A stretch of DNA of 47,109 bases from Gemmatimonadaceae bacterium (GCA_033763905.1 JANRJP010000133.1:1-47109), one strand, 5' to 3'. Counted from the stretch's first letter, positions 34,943 to 44,886 are shown. The notes: generated by a model not told the origin, from the letters alone. Program-made: numbers and translations.

Positions 34943-37726
34943 ATGTCGCTGACCGTACGCCCGGTGAATACAGAGCGCGAATTCGAGTTCGCACTTTCCC
35001 TCGCCCGAAAAGGCGAAACGGAGCGTGGAATCAGCATATTACGAGACATCATAAAGACAACAACAAGCCATATAAGGTACTCAAACGCACTTAGTGTCCT
35101 CCTCCTTGAAGCCGGCCAGGTTGAGGAGGCGCTGCACATACTCCAGGAAGTCGTCGCGCAGCATGGGGACGACATCCCGTCAATCCGGCTGAATCTCGGC
35201 AATGCCTTGGTCGCCGCCGGACGAGCGGAAGACGCGGTCGCCGAACTCAAGATCGTGCTCGCTCGCGAGCCGGACGCGCCGGATGCGTGGTACGCCGCGG
35301 GACGCGCGCTGCAAGTCGCTGGGCGCCCGCACGAGGCGGCGGAACACTACCGGGGGTGCGTCGCGCTGGCCCCGGAACACGTCGAAGCGTGGTCCAGCCT
35401 GTCGGCGGCGGCGTACTTCGCGGGCGACACTGCCGAAGCAGAAACGGCCGCGCGTCGAGCAGTCGCGTTGGATCCGGCGTACGACGGGGGACACTTCAAT
35501 CTCGCGATCGCCCTGCTGGCGCAACGTCGCTGGGCCGAGGGATGGCGCGAGTACGAATGGCGATGGAAGTCGCCACTGCTCCAACAGCAGCTGCGTCCGT
35601 CGCAGGCGCCGCGATGGGATGGTTCGCCCACCCCCGGCACCGTCCTCGTGTGGGCGGAGCAGGGCTTGGGTGACACGATGCAAGGCGCCCGCTGGCTGCC
35701 GGTCGCACGTGCTCGCGTCGGACGCCTGGTGTTCGCCGCGCCCCCACCCTTGGTGCGGCATCTTTCGAGCGTTGCGTCGGTTGATCAGGTGGTCTCGCTC
35801 GGCGCGCCGATGCCGTCGCATCAGGCCCAGATCCCGCTCTGGTCGCTCCCGCACGTCCTCGGGCTCCACACCGACGATGCGGTCTACGGCGCCGCGATAC
35901 CGGTCGTGCCACGGGCCACGATCGACACCCCGCGCCTTCGGGTTGGCATCGCGTGGGCTGGCAGTCCGACGCACATCAACGATCGCCATCGATCGATACC
36001 GGTTGAGACACTCGTGCCGTTGCTGACACGCGCGGATGTCACGTGGGTCAGCCTCCAGCGCGACGCGAGCCCTTCGCTCCGCGCGCTGGCGGAGGCGCAC
36101 GGCCTGACGGACCTCCACGTGGAGGATGCCATCGCGACGGCGCGCGACTTTTCCGATACGGCGTCTGTGCTCGGATCGCTTGACCTGGTCCTCACCGTCG
36201 ATAGCGCCGTGGCCCATTGCGCAGCCAGCCTCGGGTGTCCCACCTGGCTGCTGCTCCCGCGTATCGGCCTCGATTGGCGATGGCATCCGGTGGGCCACAG
36301 TACACGGTGGTACGATGCCGTGCGGTGCTTCCGAGTGCCGCAGGGCGGCACGTGGGGCGACACCTTGGCGCAGGTCGGCGAGGCGCTCGATGGCGCCGTC
36401 CGGGCCCGCGCACAAGGCGCTGCGCCGATCGCCTCCACGGCGGCCGCTGAGGCCCGGCGAGCGGGTGCGGAGTATGCGCGGAACGGTGACTGGTCGTCAG
36501 CGTACGCGGCGTGGACGTTCGCCCAACGGCAGACACCGACCGACTACGCGCTGCTTGTCAACCGCTCCGTCGCGGCGCGGAGTCTCCGCCAGTACGCGCA
36601 GTCGGCGTCGCTCGCGCGCGAGAGCATCGCGGTCGATCGCACTCGTGCGGATGGTTGGATGCAACTGGCGCACGCGTGCGTCATGCTCGCAGACGATGCG
36701 GTCGCGATCGATGCGGCGCAGCGGGCGGTGGCCTGCGACCCAAACGGTATCGAGTCGCGTGCCACGCTGGCCCGAGCCCTCGAGCGCGCCGACCGGCTCG
36801 ATGAGGCGCTGGCGATCTACGATGCGCTGCTCCGGGAGGCGCCCGAGCAACCGACGCTTCGCTACAACCGCAGTCTCGTGCTGCTCAAGCTGCAACGGTG
36901 GTCTACCGCCTGGACGGAGTACGAATGGCGGTGGTCGATTGCGCCGTACCTCGATTGGCGCCGCCAATGGCCCGCGCTCCCGGTGTGGGACGGCACGCCT
37001 CTCGCCGGCCGTCACCTGCTCGTCCGGCACGAGCAAGGGCTGGGCGACACATTGATGGCTGCGCGATGGCTGCCGCAACTCGTGGAGCGTGGGTCACCGG
37101 TCACGCTGCAAGTCCCGGCACCACTGCGACGCCTGCTGGCGGGCCAGGTTGCAGGCGTCGAGGTGGTCGAGACCGGCACGCCCGTTCGTGCCGACCTCGT
37201 GGTCCCCATGCTGTCGCTACCACAGCGACTGCACGCGATACCCGAGGCCACGCCCGCGGCGCGGTACTTGTCGGCGCCGGGGCCAATGCCTGCTGTCGCG
37301 CGCGCGATGCTGCAGAATCGCCCGCGTCCGTGGATCGGGATCGTATGGGCCGGTGAGCCGACGCATCCCTTCGACCACCTCCGATCTCGTCCGCTCTCCT
37401 TCTTCGACCCCCTGCGGGCAACCACGCCCGGGACGTGGATCAGCCTGCAGGTCGGCCCCCGTCGTGCTGATCTCTCCGCCGATACCTCGCCGACCGCACC
37501 GCTGGTGGATCTGGGCGGCGTGGTCCATGACCTGGCAGACACCGCGAGCATCCTGACGGAACTCGATCATCTCATTGCCGTGGACACGGCGGTCGCGCAT
37601 CTCGCCGGCGCGCTGGGCGTGACCACGTCGCTGATTCTGCCGCGATGCGCGGATTGGCGCTGGGGCGTCGCCGGTGACGCTACGTCCTGGTATCGCTCGG
37701 TGCGCCTCGTTCGTTCCGGCGCCTAG
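34943..37726 (+). CDS. Tandem (TPR + GT9-like glycosyltransferase) x2 protein
   Basis: Two copies of TPR repeats followed by EYEWRW, WDG, EQGLGD, GI.WAG.P.H, VD(S/T)AVAH and DWRW. Start set at ATG 34943. Confidence 0.85.
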   Translation: MSLTVRPVNTEREFEFALSLARKGETERGISILRDIIKTTTSHIRYSNALSVLLLEAGQVEEALHILQEVVAQHGDDIPSIRLNLGNALVAAGRAEDAVAELKIVLAREPDAPDAWYAAGRALQVAGRPHEAAEHYRGCVALAPEHVEAWSSLSAAAYFAGDTAEAETAARRAVALDPAYDGGHFNLAIALLAQRRWAEGWREYEWRWKSPLLQQQLRPSQAPRWDGSPTPGTVLVWAEQGLGDTMQGARWLPVARARVGRLVFAAPPPLVRHLSSVASVDQVVSLGAPMPSHQAQIPLWSLPHVLGLHTDDAVYGAAIPVVPRATIDTPRLRVGIAWAGSPTHINDRHRSIPVETLVPLLTRADVTWVSLQRDASPSLRALAEAHGLTDLHVEDAIATARDFSDTASVLGSLDLVLTVDSAVAHCAASLGCPTWLLLPRIGLDWRWHPVGHSTRWYDAVRCFRVPQGGTWGDTLAQVGEALDGAVRARAQGAAPIASTAAAEARRAGAEYARNGDWSSAYAAWTFAQRQTPTDYALLVNRSVAARSLRQYAQSASLARESIAVDRTRADGWMQLAHACVMLADDAVAIDAAQRAVACDPNGIESRATLARALERADRLDEALAIYDALLREAPEQPTLRYNRSLVLLKLQRWSTAWTEYEWRWSIAPYLDWRRQWPALPVWDGTPLAGRHLLVRHEQGLGDTLMAARWLPQLVERGSPVTLQVPAPLRRLLAGQVAGVEVVETGTPVRADLVVPMLSLPQRLHAIPEATPAARYLSAPGPMPAVARAMLQNRPRPWIGIVWAGEPTHPFDHLRSRPLSFFDPLRATTPGTWISLQVGPRRADLSADTSPTAPLVDLGGVVHDLADTASILTELDHLIAVDTAVAHLAGALGVTTSLILPRCADWRWGVAGDATSWYRSVRLVRSGA

Positions 37727-37749
37727 GGGAGGCGGCAGCACTGCCGCGT

Positions 37750-37765
37750 CGGCATAGTGATTGCA
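37750..37765 (+). promoter_or_regulatory. Sigma54 promoter of the GT4 gene
   Basis: CGGCATAGTGATTGCA (GG-N10-GC), flanked by CGGCAGCACTGCCG (37733-37746) and CGGCAGTGGTTGCCG (37783-37797). Confidence 0.7.
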
Positions 37766-37829
37766 CCGACAGGACGCGAGTCCGGCAGTGGTTGCCGTGT
37801 GACGTGTCTGCTCTCGCCCCCCAATTCCG

Positions 37830-38909
37830 ATGCACAAGCTGGCTGTCGTCTCGCAATGGTGGTTCGACCGTGGTGGGACGGAAGTCCTCGCGGCGAACCT
37901 CGCCCGAGAGTTTGCCGCCGTGGGGATGGACGTTCGGCTGGTATACTTGGACGTTGCAGACCGGTCGACGCCGGAGCGACCCGGGATGCTGGGCGACGTC
38001 ATCCCGATCTCGCAGTGGTCGGGCGCGATGCGTACGCTGCATGACTGGGGTGCCGATGACGTGCTCTTGCTCTCCGATCTTCGCAACGGATTGACGGACG
38101 CACTGAGCCGCGTGCGTGCTCGCTTCCGACGGACGATCTACCTCAACGCGAACAATGAGGACGTGGCGTTCGCCGCCGCGCATCCGGCGGTGCGCGGCCC
38201 CCTCGTCGAGATGTTGTCCCGCTTCGATGGCATTGCGACGTTCTTCGAGTCGGCGCAATCGACTGCGTTGCTACGCTCGTGGCAGGTCCCCCATCGCGTG
38301 ATCCGGACAGGGATCCCCATCCCTCCACCGGCCGACGGCCTCGCGTTCCGGCGGCGGATCGGCGCTTCCGCGAGCGAGCAACTCGTCCTCTGTGTCGGTC
38401 TGGTGGTACCCCTCAAGCAACAGGTCGAACTGCTCCAGGCGCTGCCGGCGCGCGCGGGACGGCGGCTGGTGTTCATCGGTGACATCTACCCCGGCACCGC
38501 GGAGTATGGCGCGCGCTTCCACGCGGCCATCGCTGCGCGGCCTGACGCACAGTGGCTCGGCGGCATTCCGCGCAGCGAGGTGCTCGACGCCATGGCGGGT
38601 TGTGATGTGCTGGTGTTCCCGTCGCTTTCGGAGGGTGCGCCGCTCGTGCTGCTCGAGGCCATGGCCTCCGGGCTTCCCTGGGTGACGACCCCGGCGATCG
38701 ACCTCGCGGGCGAGCTGACCGGCGGGGTGCGTCAGCCGTTGCACCGGTTCGAAGCCGCGGTCGACCTGCTGCTCGGCGATCCGCGCGTGCGGGCCACGGT
38801 AGCACGTGAAGGACGGGCCGCCTTCGCGAACGCGTGGCACCTCCGCGCGACCGCGCACGCATTCCGGCAGTGGTTTACCGAGGCGCGCGCAGTCCGTCAG
38901 TCGGCCTGA
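37830..38909 (+). CDS. GT4-family glycosyltransferase
   Basis: N-terminal GGTE motif; DVLVFPSLSEGAPLVLLEAMASGLP (E-x7-E). Confidence 0.88.
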   Translation: MHKLAVVSQWWFDRGGTEVLAANLAREFAAVGMDVRLVYLDVADRSTPERPGMLGDVIPISQWSGAMRTLHDWGADDVLLLSDLRNGLTDALSRVRARFRRTIYLNANNEDVAFAAAHPAVRGPLVEMLSRFDGIATFFESAQSTALLRSWQVPHRVIRTGIPIPPPADGLAFRRRIGASASEQLVLCVGLVVPLKQQVELLQALPARAGRRLVFIGDIYPGTAEYGARFHAAIAARPDAQWLGGIPRSEVLDAMAGCDVLVFPSLSEGAPLVLLEAMASGLPWVTTPAIDLAGELTGGVRQPLHRFEAAVDLLLGDPRVRATVAREGRAAFANAWHLRATAHAFRQWFTEARAVRQSA

Positions 38910-40987
38910 TCGACCATCCAGAGGAGCTGGCGCAACGCCGCGCTCTGCGGTGATACGACCCCGAGCGCACCGGGCTTCCAATACGACTGCTGGTACTCTT
39001 CGAGGAGTGCGGCCGCATCGGATGGGTCCGCGCGCAGCACCGCGAGCGCGCGGGAACTGCTTGAGCCGACGTTGTCGCTGTGGGCGAGCACGCCCAGAGT
39101 CCGGGCTTCGCGATCGGTTGGCGCCCGCACGAGGCGCTCCCACTCGGCCAGGGCCGTGCCAACGTCCATTGGCAGCGCGCGACCGCGGTGGACGCGCGCA
39201 TAGTCGGCGGCGAAGGCGACCGCGCCATCCTGGATCGTTGCGACGATGTCCGCCTGGGCGGCATCGAACTCGTAGGCGGCGAGCACCGGATGTCCGGTGG
39301 ATTCGTCGAAGTGCAGCAGGGATCCGTCGCGTGACGAACACACGATCTCGAGCAGTTCGCGCCCCGGCGTGATGGCGCGAATGGCCGCCCGAGGTTCGCC
39401 CGCGTGCGCGAGATACGATGCGCTGCGCATCTCGCGCGGCGCTCCATCGACGATGCCGGGCCACGTGGCCAGATACAGACCATCCCACGCAGGCGCGGCG
39501 CCGATGACCTCCGCTGCAACGCGATGCAGTGCCTTCTGGATCGTCCCGTTCCAGCCGAGGTCCACCAGCAGGGACGGCGATCGGTCCGACAAGATCTCGG
39601 CGCGACGAAGCGCAGCGACGAGTCCCCGCCGCTCGCGTGCAGCGCGTGCGAGCAGTGCGTCGAGCGCCGGTCCGGCCGAGAAGAGCTTCAACACCTCTTC
39701 CCGATCAGCCGGCACGCGGGCGTCGACCAACGCATCGAGAGTCGAGAGACCGGCACGCGCCAGCGCCGATGCAAACGGCGCCGTCGGGACGCCGAGCCGC
39801 TCGAGATACTCGCGTACCGGTCGCCGCCCGACGCCGGCGAGAAGACCGACGAGCGCCCAGTCCGGATCGGCTAGCAGGGCGGGCAGCAGGGCAGCCCGAC
39901 GCGATGCCTCGAGCAAGCGCGTCGGCGGATGCTCGGGCGCGATCACGCGGAAGACGCGCTCGAACAGCAACCCGTCGCGGAGCAGGAAGACGATGCGATC
40001 CGCTCGGGCCTGGCGTGCTCGATCGGCAATCCACACGGCGAAGCCCGTCATCAGGGGACCGAGCGCGCGGTAGCCGATCGTAAAGGCGGTATTGGATCGA
40101 TCGTGTCGCGCGGCGGCGAGCAGGCCGCTGCGGACCGAATCGGCAAGGCTCGTCCCGCCCGCGGTCGCGCCGACGAACGGATGGAGCAGCACACGGGCGC
40201 CCTTCGCGGCGGGCGTTCGGGCGTCGGAGACGGGGTGATCGCCGATGTGGAACCACTCCGTCATGGGCACGCCGATGCTCCGAGCGACCACGTCGAAGAG
40301 CGGACCTTCCTGCTTCGTGGTGCGGGCATCCGCCGACGTGAACACGTCCGTTCGAGCGATGCGAATTCCCGCCTGTTCGAGCAGCGCATGCAGCTGGTCG
40401 GCAGAGTGCCAGGTGTCGCTGACGGCGATCGTCCGCAGCCCGGCATCGCGGGCCTCGTTCCACCACGCCACAACGGGCGCATTGGCTCGCACGAGCCGCT
40501 GCTCGACGGCGCGCTCACCGTGCGCGAGCGCGCTCGCGACGTCCGCCGAGACACCGAGCATCTGCGCGAGGGCGCCATAGATCTCCTCGAGCGTGACTTC
40601 GGCCTGACGGTGTTCCCGCATCCGTCGCTCCCGCGCCGCACGCTCGGCCTGCTGCCGAAGGCTCCGCCAGTCCGACGGCGACCGGTCGAAGGGGGCAAAC
40701 GCGGGCTCCTCTCCGAGGACCAGGAACAGATCGGAGGGCGCGCCGCAGGCGCGCGTGATGAGGGTGTCGAACACATCGAACGAGACAACGCGCGCGCTGG
40801 CGAGACCCGCGCGCACGCGGTCGGCCGCATCCTCTGGCGGACAGACGGCGCCGAACCGAGCGCGTCGCAGCTGTGCCGCGTCGCGCCGCAACCGATCGAA
40901 CGCGGTCTCCGCGTCGTGCCGCGTGAGCGGAGGCGGCGCGGACCGCGGAGGCACGACCGCGCGCACCGCCGAGGGTCCACGGCGCAT
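38897..40987 (-). CDS. HAD phosphatase + PRT-like domain protein, probable ribofuranosyltransferase
   Basis: HAD motifs SFDVFDTLITR, VSD, K and HIGDHPVSD, followed by FLLRDG and LLVDLGWNGTIQ. ATG at 40987 is coupled to the upstream stop. Confidence 0.7.
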   Translation of the reverse strand: MRRGPSAVRAVVPPRSAPPPLTRHDAETAFDRLRRDAAQLRRARFGAVCPPEDAADRVRAGLASARVVSFDVFDTLITRACGAPSDLFLVLGEEPAFAPFDRSPSDWRSLRQQAERAARERRMREHRQAEVTLEEIYGALAQMLGVSADVASALAHGERAVEQRLVRANAPVVAWWNEARDAGLRTIAVSDTWHSADQLHALLEQAGIRIARTDVFTSADARTTKQEGPLFDVVARSIGVPMTEWFHIGDHPVSDARTPAAKGARVLLHPFVGATAGGTSLADSVRSGLLAAARHDRSNTAFTIGYRALGPLMTGFAVWIADRARQARADRIVFLLRDGLLFERVFRVIAPEHPPTRLLEASRRAALLPALLADPDWALVGLLAGVGRRPVREYLERLGVPTAPFASALARAGLSTLDALVDARVPADREEVLKLFSAGPALDALLARAARERRGLVAALRRAEILSDRSPSLLVDLGWNGTIQKALHRVAAEVIGAAPAWDGLYLATWPGIVDGAPREMRSASYLAHAGEPRAAIRAITPGRELLEIVCSSRDGSLLHFDESTGHPVLAAYEFDAAQADIVATIQDGAVAFAADYARVHRGRALPMDVGTALAEWERLVRAPTDREARTLGVLAHSDNVGSSSSRALAVLRADPSDAAALLEEYQQSYWKPGALGVVSPQSAALRQLLWMVDQAD

Positions 40988-42879
40988 CAGGCCTGTCCCA
41001 CCTCGTACACGTCGGCCACCTCGGCCGAGAGCCACTGCCGGACGTCACCGAGCGAGGGCAGACCGGGGGTCGCGCGCTGCCTGGCCGGGTTCGGCACGAA
41101 CACCCGGGGCTTGGTTCCCCGATCGGCGAGTGCAGCCGCCACGGCGGCTCCGAGTACGTCGGGCATCGCATCCCGCACGCAGTGCTCGCGCGAAAAGTGG
41201 CACTTCCAGCCGCAACCAAAGCAGGCGAGCGGCAGGCAGGCGATGACATCGGTCGGGGAGGCCGGCAAGAAGCGCGCAAAGTCACCGCCGCCCATCAAGG
41301 TGACGGTCGGGACGCCCATCGCGCTGGCGAGGTTCGTCGTGCCGGTTTCCGCCCCGGCGACCAGGCGAGTGCGGCCAATGAAGGCGGCCAGCGCTCGGAC
41401 GGTCGTCTGGCCGCTGAGGTCGACGCTGATGTCCTCGAGCCCGCGGAGATTCCGTGCAATCAGCGCGCGGTCTCCGGGGGTACCGACGGCGGCAATGCGC
41501 AGGCCGTGCGCGCGACAGATCGCCCCGATGGCTTCGCCGTACCGCTCGTAGACGCGATGTTCGCGTCCGACCCCGGCGACCAGAACGACGGTGCGCTCCG
41601 GCGTCAGGCCATGGGTGGTGAAGAGTGCATCGGCGGCGGCGGTGTCATCCGATGTGACGTAGATCTGTGGCTCGAGCTCGCCCGGCTCGATGCCAAGCGA
41701 GGTGAGGAAGTGCCGATGCCGAGCGACTTCGTGGCGCGCCGTCGCTGGGGGTGAGATCAGTTTCGTGTAGAACCGGTCGGTGAGCGCCTTCTCACCCGGA
41801 CGATAGAGATTCTCGTTCCCGTCGTAGCCGATGATCGGCGCGCCAACCGCCTTCGCGAGAAGATCGATCAGCACTTCGCGCGAGAAGTGGCTGACCAGCA
41901 CCAGATCAAATTGGCCGTGCAGCGCCTTCGCGAATCCGTCGAAGTAGCCCGGCTCCTGCAGTCGGCCTTTGTCCAGCACGACACAGCGGTCGATGTGGGG
42001 ATTCGTCTCGAGGAGCGGATGCGTATGCGTGTTGCACAGCACGGTCAGCGACGCATCCGGCCAGCGGCGTCGGACCGCGGGCAGCATGCCCGACGCCCAG
42101 ACCCCATCGCCGAGTGCGTCAGTGCGGATCCACAACAGACGCCGCGGCGCGAGTGGCGCGGGGGTAAAGCGCGCGATGCCGAAGCCGAACTTCTCGTTCG
42201 ATTCGATCAGGATCTGGAAGCGCGGGTCGCTCGAGATCGTGGCCCAGCTCTTCTGGTGCTTGATGTGCCGGATGTCATCCAGCGCGATGTAGGTGGGCGA
42301 CTGCAGCCGCGAGATGAGGTAGCTGAACTCGACGAAGCCCATGTGGCCGCCACTGTCCAGCAGCACGAGGTCCGGCGCGTAGTCGACCGCCTGCATGGCG
42401 AGACCGATCAGGTCATCGGGTACGCCCGGGTTGTGCGTCTCGGCGAGATAGCGCTCGACGCGGTCGCCTTCGTCGTGGTCGACGATGACGTCGGTCCCAC
42501 GGATGTCGTCGATCGTCGCGCGACGCACGGCGGCGGCATCGGGCAGCGCGCTGCGTGGCACGGTCAGCCCGAGCAGCGGGCGTACGACATCGAGCAGGTC
42601 GTCACGTCGCAGGTTCTGCAACGCGATCGCATAGTGCTGTGGATTCACCTCGATGGTGTAGCACACGCCGCCCCCCGCCGCCTTGAGCGCCCGCGCAATC
42701 GCACGCGTCGTGCCGGTGCCGTAGTAGGTCCCCGTCTCAATGACGCGCCGGATCTGCTTTCGGGTGATGAGTCCCGAGAGCGCTCGGCCGAAGTCGGAGT
42801 CTGCGCCGACCGTGACGGCGACTTCCGCCGGGACGATCGATGTCGTCGTCCGCGGCTGGGGGTGCGCGGCGGCGGTCAC
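40987..42879 (-). CDS. SAM methyltransferase-like + GT9 (heptosyltransferase-like) fusion
   Basis: N-half has VIETGTYYGTG, YTIE, LLDSGGH and LDD. C-half has LLWIRTDALGD, HEV, DLSGQTT and ETGTTNLASAMGVPTVTL. GTG at 42879 is coupled to the upstream stop. Confidence 0.8.
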   Translation of the reverse strand: MTAAAHPQPRTTTSIVPAEVAVTVGADSDFGRALSGLITRKQIRRVIETGTYYGTGTTRAIARALKAAGGGVCYTIEVNPQHYAIALQNLRRDDLLDVVRPLLGLTVPRSALPDAAAVRRATIDDIRGTDVIVDHDEGDRVERYLAETHNPGVPDDLIGLAMQAVDYAPDLVLLDSGGHMGFVEFSYLISRLQSPTYIALDDIRHIKHQKSWATISSDPRFQILIESNEKFGFGIARFTPAPLAPRRLLWIRTDALGDGVWASGMLPAVRRRWPDASLTVLCNTHTHPLLETNPHIDRCVVLDKGRLQEPGYFDGFAKALHGQFDLVLVSHFSREVLIDLLAKAVGAPIIGYDGNENLYRPGEKALTDRFYTKLISPPATARHEVARHRHFLTSLGIEPGELEPQIYVTSDDTAAADALFTTHGLTPERTVVLVAGVGREHRVYERYGEAIGAICRAHGLRIAAVGTPGDRALIARNLRGLEDISVDLSGQTTVRALAAFIGRTRLVAGAETGTTNLASAMGVPTVTLMGGGDFARFLPASPTDVIACLPLACFGCGWKCHFSREHCVRDAMPDVLGAAVAAALADRGTKPRVFVPNPARQRATPGLPSLGDVRQWLSAEVADVYEVGQA

Positions 42880-43805
42880 GCGGCCTGCCGCCCGGCGAGG
42901 ACGTGTGCCGGAATCCCGATGACGATCGAGGCACCGCGCAGCTGGCCTGCTGGTACGAGGATGGCGCCGTTGGCGTCGTGTGCAATCACGAACTGTGTGA
43001 CACCGATCCGCTCGAAGTGCTGCTGCAGCTCCATCGACTGCTGGGCGTCCGGCGACCACACGATGGCGGCCACGCGGGGATTCCGCAAATGACGCTCCAC
43101 TTCGGGCCACATCGCGGCGACATCCTCGGCCTGACCCGCGTGGATGATGACTCGCGAGGGCTGAAAGGCGCTTGCGGTGGTCATCAGCGCATCGAGCGAC
43201 TGTGGCGTCTGGCCGATCGGCGCCTCGACGAGTCCGCGCGCGACGCGATTCACGACGAACGCGCGTCGGAGAAAGGTTGCGTGCCCATCGTCCGCGCTGC
43301 GCGCCACCATCGAGGTGGCCCCAGGATGGCGCGTGGCGGCTGTCAGCGCCGCGAAGCCGAAGCCAGGATCGCAGTCGATGAACGCGTCGCCCGGTTCAAG
43401 CATTGCGGAGAGGAAGGACCGAAGCTCGGCGTCGATGCCACCGCCGGTGAGCTCGGCCACTACCGCTGCCTGAACCTCAGCCTGGCCGGCAGCTTCTGCC
43501 GGAATTGGGACGATGAACTTGGGGCTTCCGTCGGCATTTCGTTCGATGGAGGGAACGGCGAACTCCCCGTGGGCAATAGCTGCCGAGCCGATCGCGGCGT
43601 CACACGCCTTCGCATCATTGATCGCTCGGTGGCAGTCTGCGGCGACACTCGGCGACCCGCCAGTCTGGATCGCGAGGTCGATCAGCCGCGTCGAACCAGT
43701 GAGCAGGCCCGACAACATATAGACGTGGGCAAGGTCGATCAGGGCATCTGGCGCCGGTCGGTCGGTCGCGGTGTGGGCGATGTGTTGCGGCATCTGGACC
43801 TGCAT
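42876..43805 (-). CDS. Hypothetical protein with a degenerate FkbM-like methyltransferase region
   Basis: LEPGDAFIDCDPGFGFAAL resembles FkbM motif I; first gene after the sigma54 promoter at 43868. Confidence 0.6.
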   Translation of the reverse strand: MQVQMPQHIAHTATDRPAPDALIDLAHVYMLSGLLTGSTRLIDLAIQTGGSPSVAADCHRAINDAKACDAAIGSAAIAHGEFAVPSIERNADGSPKFIVPIPAEAAGQAEVQAAVVAELTGGGIDAELRSFLSAMLEPGDAFIDCDPGFGFAALTAATRHPGATSMVARSADDGHATFLRRAFVVNRVARGLVEAPIGQTPQSLDALMTTASAFQPSRVIIHAGQAEDVAAMWPEVERHLRNPRVAAIVWSPDAQQSMELQQHFERIGVTQFVIAHDANGAILVPAGQLRGASIVIGIPAHVLAGRQAA

Positions 43806-43867
43806 CGGAATTACCTGCCGGGCGGCTGCTGGAGTGGATACGGCGATCGCATTCGGCCTGTGCAGGA

Positions 43868-43883
43868 GGCAGGAGCCGTGCCA
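43868..43883 (-). promoter_or_regulatory. Sigma54 promoter of the three-gene glycan operon
   Basis: TGGCACGGCTCCTGCC (GG-N10-GC); palindromes CGGCATGATCTGCCG (43891-43905) and CGGAATTACCTGCCG (43806-43820). Confidence 0.75.
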
Positions 43884-43989
43884 ACGAAAGCGGCATGATC
43901 TGCCGCATCTGATCTTGCCGTTCTGGTAAGGAGTTTGCTCAACCCCTCAGTCGACGTCGCAATTCCCGCCCACTGCTTGTCGACACCTT

Positions 43990-44886
43990 ATGCGGATCAC
44001 GAACGCCCTTACCACGCGGAACGCCGTCCGATCGATGCTGATCAGTCAGCAGGGAATGGATCGTGCCACGCGGCAGATCACGAGCGGCTATCGCATCGAT
44101 AAGCCATCTGATGCACCGACCGACACCTCAGCTGTCATGGGAGCGAGCGGGCGGATTCGTGCGCTTGGGCAATACACGCGCAACGTCGAGGAGGCACGTG
44201 CGGCGCTCGATGCGCAGGAGAACGCGCTGAACTCGATGACCGATATCCTGACGCGGGCGCGCGAACTGAGCATCTCCCAGGCTGGCGCTACGGCCACAGC
44301 ACAGACGCGGATCGCGGTCAAGGCAGAAGTCGACCAGCTGCTTCGCCAAGCGGTCGGACTGGCGAACACGCGACACAACGACCGATATCTCTTCGGTGGG
44401 CTGCAAGCGGATTCGGCGCCGGCCACCTACATCGATGGCCCGGTGCCGTCGTTTACCATGGCCGACACGACGGCGGCCGGCGAGATTCAGATCGGAGACG
44501 GCCAGCGATTGCTCGTCGTGGATGACGCCGAGACCATTTTCGGCAACACGAGCACTGGCGCGCTGGCCTCTCTGCGGGCGCTGAGCAATGCATTGCAGAA
44601 CAACGACGCGGCGGGGATCGCGAGTGCCGCCACAGACATCACGACCTCGTTCCAAACGGTGCAGGCGAGACTTGGGGCGACGGGGGCGCGCGCGAATCAG
44701 CTGGATATGACGGCGGCCAACCTGAGCGCGCTGGACCTGACACTCCAGCGGTTCCGGAGCGAGTTGCGCGATGTGGATGTCGAGACGGCGATGACCGAAC
44801 TCGTGTCGAAGCAAACCACCTACCAAGCCGCGATGGCCGCCGCTACTCGCGTGCTCGACCTCAACCTGACGAACTACCTGCGATGA
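43990..44886 (+). CDS. flgL: Hook-associated protein FlgL
   Basis: MRIT..., SGYRIDKPSDAP, LANTRHNDRYLFGG, YQAAM and L.NYLR motifs. Confidence 0.95.
   Translation: MRITNALTTRNAVRSMLISQQGMDRATRQITSGYRIDKPSDAPTDTSAVMGASGRIRALGQYTRNVEEARAALDAQENALNSMTDILTRARELSISQAGATATAQTRIAVKAEVDQLLRQAVGLANTRHNDRYLFGGLQADSAPATYIDGPVPSFTMADTTAAGEIQIGDGQRLLVVDDAETIFGNTSTGALASLRALSNALQNNDAAGIASAATDITTSFQTVQARLGATGARANQLDMTAANLSALDLTLQRFRSELRDVDVETAMTELVSKQTTYQAAMAAATRVLDLNLTNYLR

Noticed and set aside
43955..43990. Possible sigma28 promoter for flgL (GCAA...GTCGACAC)
   Set aside because: Weak match, and the implied start site would fall at or after the ATG.
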